From contig NC_045696.1 of assembly GCF_009834535.1 (NCBI RefSeq), forward strand, positions 8,558,001 to 8,622,000: DNA of 64,000 nucleotides, written 5' to 3'. This DNA is from Camelus ferus. Taxonomy: Eukaryota. This document shows, one piece after another, positions 59,353-64,000 of this stretch. Under the pieces are notes generated by a model. It searched no databases. It saw nothing but the letters and a program-made list of their open reading frames with translations, and was not told the origin of the DNA. Each line of letters opens with the position of its first letter. Position 1 is the first letter of the stretch. Both the position numbers and the translations under genes were made by a program.

Positions 59353-62300
59353 GTTACAGGAAACCCGGGTTTTATAGATTATTTTTCTGTTTTCCTTTAA
59401 CACTTAATTCAAAGAGTAAATACAGACAACCAATTTCCTTAAAAACCTGCTGCAGCTTTTTAAACCGTTCTGAGCGTTTCATTAAGGTTTTATTGTAAAT
59501 CATGCATGATGTGATTCGTTTAGTTTAGACTTTAAAAAAAAATCTGCTGACATAATAAACACGACTTGTTACATTAAACTTTACTAACACGAAGCTTTAT
59601 TAAGAAGATGCAAGAGGAATTCCACCTGGGCCTGGGGACCACTGAATGAAGCATGTCAGACAGTTATTCCATGAGATATAAAGATGCCTCCTGCTAGCTT
59701 TCCAGCCGTCTCTGTTAATCTGCCTTTTCTATTCTTCATAAATGATGAGCGTCATAAGATACTTTTTGCTAGGAGGAGGCAAAGAGGGAAGGGATTTTTA
59801 CTTATCTCTCTGTCTTCCTTTTGGTTTGGTCTTGGAGAGAGTTAGGGATTGAAGACATTCACATGCTTATTGATAAGAGTCAAGACAAAATTATTGAGGG
59901 ACACAGATGATTTTGGGGGGTTAGAATTTGAACCTTATCCTAGTGATGTGAGGAAAGCTTGGCAAATGTTATTAAAGAACTTGAGAAACTTATCCATGGA
60001 GATCGACCATCAAACTGTTCTGTACCACCTGCCTCAGCGATAAATTCAAAAGTCCTGTTTATTCTTTACTATGTAAGCTTCACAATATGATCACACTTTT
60101 TCTTTCTTTTTGGTTTAAACACATAACAGCCACTAAAGAAATTACTATTGGCTTATTGGGTATTTAAACAAATGAAGCAACAATTAAGCAACTATTTTAA
60201 ATAAACAGAGGAATTCTTACCCAATTCCAGGGCTTAGGATCGCTCAGATGCTCTAGCCTGATGTGTGGTTAAGAAGGAAACATAATTGCTAAAAGGCAAA
60301 TGAGCAGGAAGTACTTCTTCCCATTGGTAAACGATACCCTGAAAGTGTTCAACAGAGAGGACTCGTTAGTACATCCTGCAGTATTGTGTATCTGTTGAGG
60401 GGAGTAAAAGAAACATCATTGTATCGACTTGGAAAGTAACACAGCATACATAAGTCAGAGAAAAAATGCTACAGAAAACCAGGGGCGCTGTTACCTAGAT
60501 GATGCAACTGAGGAACTCCAGGGCAAAGTTTATTACAAGTTACCCACCCCTGGGCTACGCATTCCTAGTCCATCCTGACGCTGCAGACACGCAAGTTCCG
60601 GTTACTTGCCTTTTATGCCCCAAGGGCATCCCTATTAGAGGATGGCTGAGAATGATCCTCTGGAGTAAGGTAGCCCATCCTAGACCTGCTGTTGCTGTTA
60701 GCCTAGCCTACGGCAGCATTTGCTTTACGTGTGCTCATGCCGTTTTATGATGCTTCACGTATATTGGGCAATCAATGAAGGGTTTAAAATGGCCAAATGA
60801 ATGAAAAAAAAAAAAAAACAACAAAACAACTACACTGCTCACGCAGTTCTGTGTCCATTCGAAAAGGGTCAGAGTGAAAGTTGAAAAGACAAGAGGCGAA
60901 TAAAAATCAAAATCCCTCAAGCACAGCTTCTTGGCACATTTTTACTGTGAATGTGGTCTTTTGGGTGGTAAAGGGGACCTGCTTTACATCCTTCAGCTGG
61001 CTGGTAATAACTCAGATGTCAATGAAATGCAAGGTAATAGAAAATGATGTTAAGCACCCTTGCTTCAGGTATCAGTGAGAGCAGACACAGAGCATCTGTG
61101 TCTTAGAGTAGAATTTAAAATTTAATGTGTTTGTCTTTTCAAATTCGACTTCGTTGTGCTTGCTTTTCTGTATTTACAGGTAATGATACAACAAACATTA
61201 AACGTCTTTACAATTTTGTTTTTTGGTTACTCAGGGAATACTGTCAGTGAATTAATTGACTATCATTAAATTCAAGATTACACTTTGTTTACCATATAAT
61301 AAATTACATTTATTGGAGTTCCATTTTCTTGTCCTCAGAATAACATTTGAACCAAAGTACCCCTCCGGTTTTAAAATTATCTGATTATTAGAAGTATAAT
61401 CATACAAATACGATTTTCCTATTGAAGTCTTTAGGATATAGAAAGTTTTCTGAAAGAAAGATGAGAAATTCTAAATAGGATATGAATAATTTGGCTCCTA
61501 AATCAGTGATGATCAGTTCTGATACTGTGACACACTGAAGTGTACTGAGTTTTCCGAAGGAATGATAGAGACTTTCAACTTTTAAAATATGTTTCAATAC
61601 TCTTCAAGTAAAAGTAAATATGTTAAATAAGTAAGGTATTGAAACTTTAAAAATATTGGGGATACCGGCCATGCATATGACATAAAATGAAAGATGGAGG
61701 GAAAGTAATGCTTAAAAAGGGAGAAAAGATAATTAAATCCAGTACAGCTATTTTATTTATATTAGACATCAAATTAATCTTTCAATATGTAAAATATATT
61801 GAGAAGTGAATTTACTTAACAACTTAAAACATTGATTATATAAAATCAATTAAAGCTAAAGCTAATAAGATTGTCATTTTGATTTTAATGGCTTATCGAT
61901 GGGGGTTTGGGAATAGCAATTCTATTTTGCAAAACATTTTTGTTTCAAAAAATAAACAGAAAGAAAGGTAGGCTGAGATGTAGCTAAACACCTATTATGG
62001 AATCTCTATTCTTCATGAATGGCAAGTATTCCTATACTATTTTTTAAATATATAAAATTCCTATACTATGTTTTAAAAATATTCTTGAAAGATCCAAATG
62101 AGTAGCTGATTTACAGTGTACCAATTATAATACTGGTTTACATGTGTTTAAATTTATAATTGAAGAAAATTATTACATTTCTCAAAGAGAAATTGATTTT
62201 TTGATGTTGGCTTTTGAACTATATATGATATTACAAAGAATGTTCAGAATAATCATTTTTATAATTCCAAAATACTAACCTTAAGGCATTAAATTTCACC

Positions 62301-63796
62301 CTGATAATGTCAATGAATCCATGAAAGAAACAAATGATAAACTTTAGTGGTATGTGTGGAGGTACAGAGTTGCTGGTACAAATATCAAGTTTATAAGCCA
62401 GGGAACCAACTGGGTTTCCTTTGAGCTGTTTTGCAAATACTGTCCACATTTTCCCACGGAAGTATCAAAATTAAATAGAATGAGGACAGAGAAACAATTG
62501 TCCGATGTGATTCTAAGAAGCTTTGGGCAATGGCAAATGAAATTTATCTCAAACATCAGATTCTGTAAGCTAACTGAGAAGTCGAAAGGTACAGGAAAGC
62601 AATTTTGTCCAATGTGGGGTTTAATAAGTCAGCAGATCTTTGAAGAAACTTAATTCAATAACTAAAGTCAATTCATAATGACTTATGTTTTTAAAAATCG
62701 GATGGCCTTATCTACCTGCCTCAGAAGTTACATCTGTTTATAATAAAAATTTTAAACATCTTTCCAAATTGAAAAAAAGTCACTTAGAAAGAAAAAAGGA
62801 ATGAACTTTTGTGCTATATATTCTAACAGTTGTATGATCTTCTCCTTTTTCCAGGTAAAGCCTGAATAATTGCTTTGCTTACATGTTCCTCTGTTAGTGG
62901 ACAGCGGAAAGAAAAGAGGAGACTTGTTGGCAGGAGTTGCCCTTTAGTGCGCGGCACACACCCATTTCTTCCCCACTGCAATGTGTGCTGAGCCCCAGGA
63001 AGGCCACAATATCTCCGTAAGTAGGTTCTTAAAGCCTGGGAGCTCTCAGGATTGTTGAGGGTACCTTATTAACTTTCTGTCGCCTGCTGAGAAAACATTG
63101 TTTATATAGAATTGGCTTATTGCTAATGAGAGCATCTATTAAGACATAACACTGGCAAGGCATACTACAGACTATTTTTCTAAATATTTTCTTTCAGATC
63201 TCTCTCCTTCCAGTTGATGGTATTAAAGAGTCAGACATGTAATCGCTCAATCCTTACTGGAAAAGGCAAACGGATTTTATTAAGATTAGAAAATTTCCCC
63301 CACCCCATTTGTCTCTTCCCCACCAGTGTCTCAGCAATGGCCCCTTCCAACCGTGGGATGCTAAATGGTTCCAATGTTTTCCTCTTCCTGTAATAGTCAT
63401 GCATATGCCCAGCTGGTGTGTCTCCCCTGCCTCATGAATTTACAGAGTGGCCCCAGCTAGGCTCCCTCTTATCTTGGGGGCACTTGCCAAGGCTGATCCA
63501 AGGAGAAACAAATTGTGGAAGAGAAGGTTCACTTTATTTAGCAGAGCTCTGACCCCTTCAGTGCCTGTAGCTTTTGGATACAGCTCTGCGCCCCATCACC
63601 CCGTGCCCGCTCTCCCAGTTTACACCACACTCCCCTGTCCATTGTCTGCTGGAGACTCTGATGACAGCATCTCATTTAGGACTGAAATAGATCTTGACCT
63701 TCACCCAGCTGCAGGGCCGGGCTCCACCAACATGGCGGTGGATGATAGTGGGTAACAAGCGAAACTGATTTCTAGTCTCTCGTCTCCATTTTCTAG

Positions 63797-63948
63797 GATC
63801 CAAGTGAATTCTACTTGGCCAGAGGGAGAGAAGAGAAGAGGAGTTGAGACCTCACTGTCTCACTGCAGGGAGCAGCAGGTTATGAGCCCGGGGTGCATCA
63901 CGTGTACTGTGGCCCCATGGCCCTCCCAGCTCCTGCCTGCACACCCAG
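63797..63948 (+). other. Candidate 152-nt exon (product unknown)
   Basis: Acceptor ctctcgtctccattttctAG|G and donor CAG|GTGAGT are both strong. One frame is open but the peptide is not recognised. Confidence 0.3.
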
Positions 63949-64000
63949 GTGAGTTCTCCAGGAGTTCTCTGGGTGGAAGTCACCAGCCTGGAGCCATTTT

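Noticed and set aside
62028..62082. Short tandem duplications (attcctatactat x2; also ggtagacatctt x2 near 45373-45396)
   Set aside because: Ordinary slippage duplications with only two units and no spacer architecture; not CRISPR-like.
1..64000. Inferring host-gene strand from TE orientation bias
   Set aside because: Long L1s are mostly on the minus strand but LTRs are mostly on the plus strand; the signals conflict and the counts are too small.

Overview
Mammalian nuclear DNA, probably camelid (alpaca/llama/camel), based on a Vic-1-type tRNA-Ala-derived SINE at 19391-19497. The window is AT-rich and intergenic or deep-intronic. I recognise no host protein-coding exon: the only ORF-track peptides I recognise are broken LINE-1 ORF2 pieces. 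It contains one full-length but dead L1 (48242-56438, minus strand, TSD-bounded) carrying two nested younger L1 3' fragments. It also holds many 5'-truncated L1s of several ages, L2/MIR relics, MaLR/ERV1/ERVL solo LTRs (two nested pairs) and MER3/MER2/MER46C DNA-transposon relics. Non-repeat signals worth follow-up are: (i) an unexplained ~110-bp inverted repeat pair (17325-17436 / 18695-18800) with a 28-bp perfect core, whose left arm is bracketed by an 11-bp direct repeat; (ii) an orphan CpG cluster with CCAAT/GC boxes just upstream of it; (iii) divergently oriented CTCF-like motifs; and (iv) a repeat-poor, motif-dense block at ~57.7-59.6 kb. Repeat family names come from my recollection of consensus sequences, not from a search, and boundaries of old elements are approximate. 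I cannot demonstrate a novel biological system from the sequence alone.
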